Shown: in pieces, positions 63,010 to 64,000 of the stretch
Layout: every line of letters starts with the position of its first letter
Numbering within the stretch: position 1 is the stretch's first letter
Origin: Takakia lepidozioides
Taxonomy: Eukaryota > Plantae > Bryophyta
Direction of reading: 5' to 3'
Length of the DNA: 64,000 nucleotides
Assembly: GCA_030704615.1 (NCBI GenBank)
Contig: CM060731.1
Span: forward strand, 49,042,001-49,106,000
Made by a program: the position numbers and the translations under genes
Notes under the pieces: generated by a model
Seen by the model: the letters and a program-made list of their open reading frames with translations, nothing else
Database searches by the model: none
Told to the model about the DNA's origin: nothing

Positions 63010-64000
63010 ACCCATGAGGACATCGACGGGTTCTTCAGCTACCTTTCAAAGAAGCTGAAGGAATGAAGCACCTACATTCTTTCGGATTTGATGAGGTTAT
63101 TTATGACCTCGCAAGATCTACAGTTCATTCCACAGATTATTCAGGAGGTTCCCGACTTCAAGAATTTTGTAAAGGGTTGTATTCTGGATGGAAAGGAGGC
63201 ATTGGTCGGGATTTCGGAGATGCACGTCTTCCGCTTTTTTAAGGATGCAGAGGGCTGGCCTGTCATGAAGTACAAGAAGTCCGCTACTGATTCAGATTGG
63301 CTTCCAACAAACAATAGCGTGAAGATGTGGAAGTCCGCTACTGACGGGACTCTCAAGCTCCCTGAATGAGACCTAGACACCGTTCCAAGGAGACCTATCT
63401 GGGGAGTCAGGGACGACTCCTCCGAAAAACAGTCATTCATTAAGAATGGAATAAAAAAATACAGGGATTTTTGGACGAAAGGAATGATACTTGACGATCA
63501 TTACAGAGGTCGAATGGAACAATACGACCAGTACTGGGGAAACATTCTCGCCGAGCTGGATAAGCCAATTCCAGAAGCTCCCGAGCGTATTCATCTGCTT
63601 GAGGGATTCTGGCCGAAAATAAATTGGTCCAAGAATCATCTCAGAGATGGAATCCATCCACATATAGTGCCAGATGTGGAAGAAGAGGATGAAATCCTAA
63701 AACCTTACTATGGCCCGAGGTGTGAGCGACCAAGAATATCCTTGAATCCGTTCAATGATATTGAGAAATGGTTTTTTGTGCTCGTTCGCCCTCATGACCC
63801 AAGTACGTGCCCGGTCTAGATGGGGGTGGCAATATCTGACGTGATCCGCGAAAGGGAGGATCCTAATTTTAAGAGGCGAAGGTGGAGTGGTGGAGACCGA
63901 AAAACGATGGTAACCCAACAGACTTGGAAAGGTACAGGGACTGTTGGTCAAAATTTTCGGAGTATAACTCGTCAGATCCTCCTCAATGGATCCATGTGAA
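63010..64000 (+). pseudogene. Sola-like / DUF7869-type transposase, 3' part
   Basis: Begins THEDIDGFFSYLSKKLK, the expected continuation of ..LMVG at 46735; HVFRF..MKYK..W; in-frame stops. Confidence 0.7.

Overview
Eukaryotic, almost certainly land-plant nuclear DNA (spliceosomal introns, PLS-class PPR and OSB/PDF-motif remnants; a non-seed plant is plausible but cannot be proven here). It is dominated by nested copies of one family of large Mutator-like (MULE) DNA transposons. Two copies are complete, with 21-bp asymmetric terminal inverted repeats (TIRs) and perfect 9-bp target-site duplications (TSDs): element B (2395-16044, TSD TATCAGAAA) and element C (47119-62576, TSD CCCAAGTAC). B sits in an intron of an older relative (element A, <1 to ~25635), and a truncated fourth relative (D) lies in the opposite orientation at ~35-42 kb. 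A, B and C share one layout: a WRKY/GCM-like + DDE + SWIM transposase gene in one direction; a divergent multi-exon gene joining a ParB/Srx-like domain (VWDGNHRLLAW) to a beta-class amino-(N4C/N6A)-methyltransferase-like domain (DIPDG ... DLxxGTG); and dense non-coding arrays of a long palindrome whose arms differ between elements but whose CG-N4-CG core is shared. D keeps only the methyltransferase half, an array and one TIR. This transposon-borne ParB-methyltransferase / parS-like palindrome module is the candidate novel system. The rest is decayed PPR and PDF-motif repeats, a split Sola/DUF7869-type transposase and small cargo genes. Most ORFs carry stops or frameshifts.
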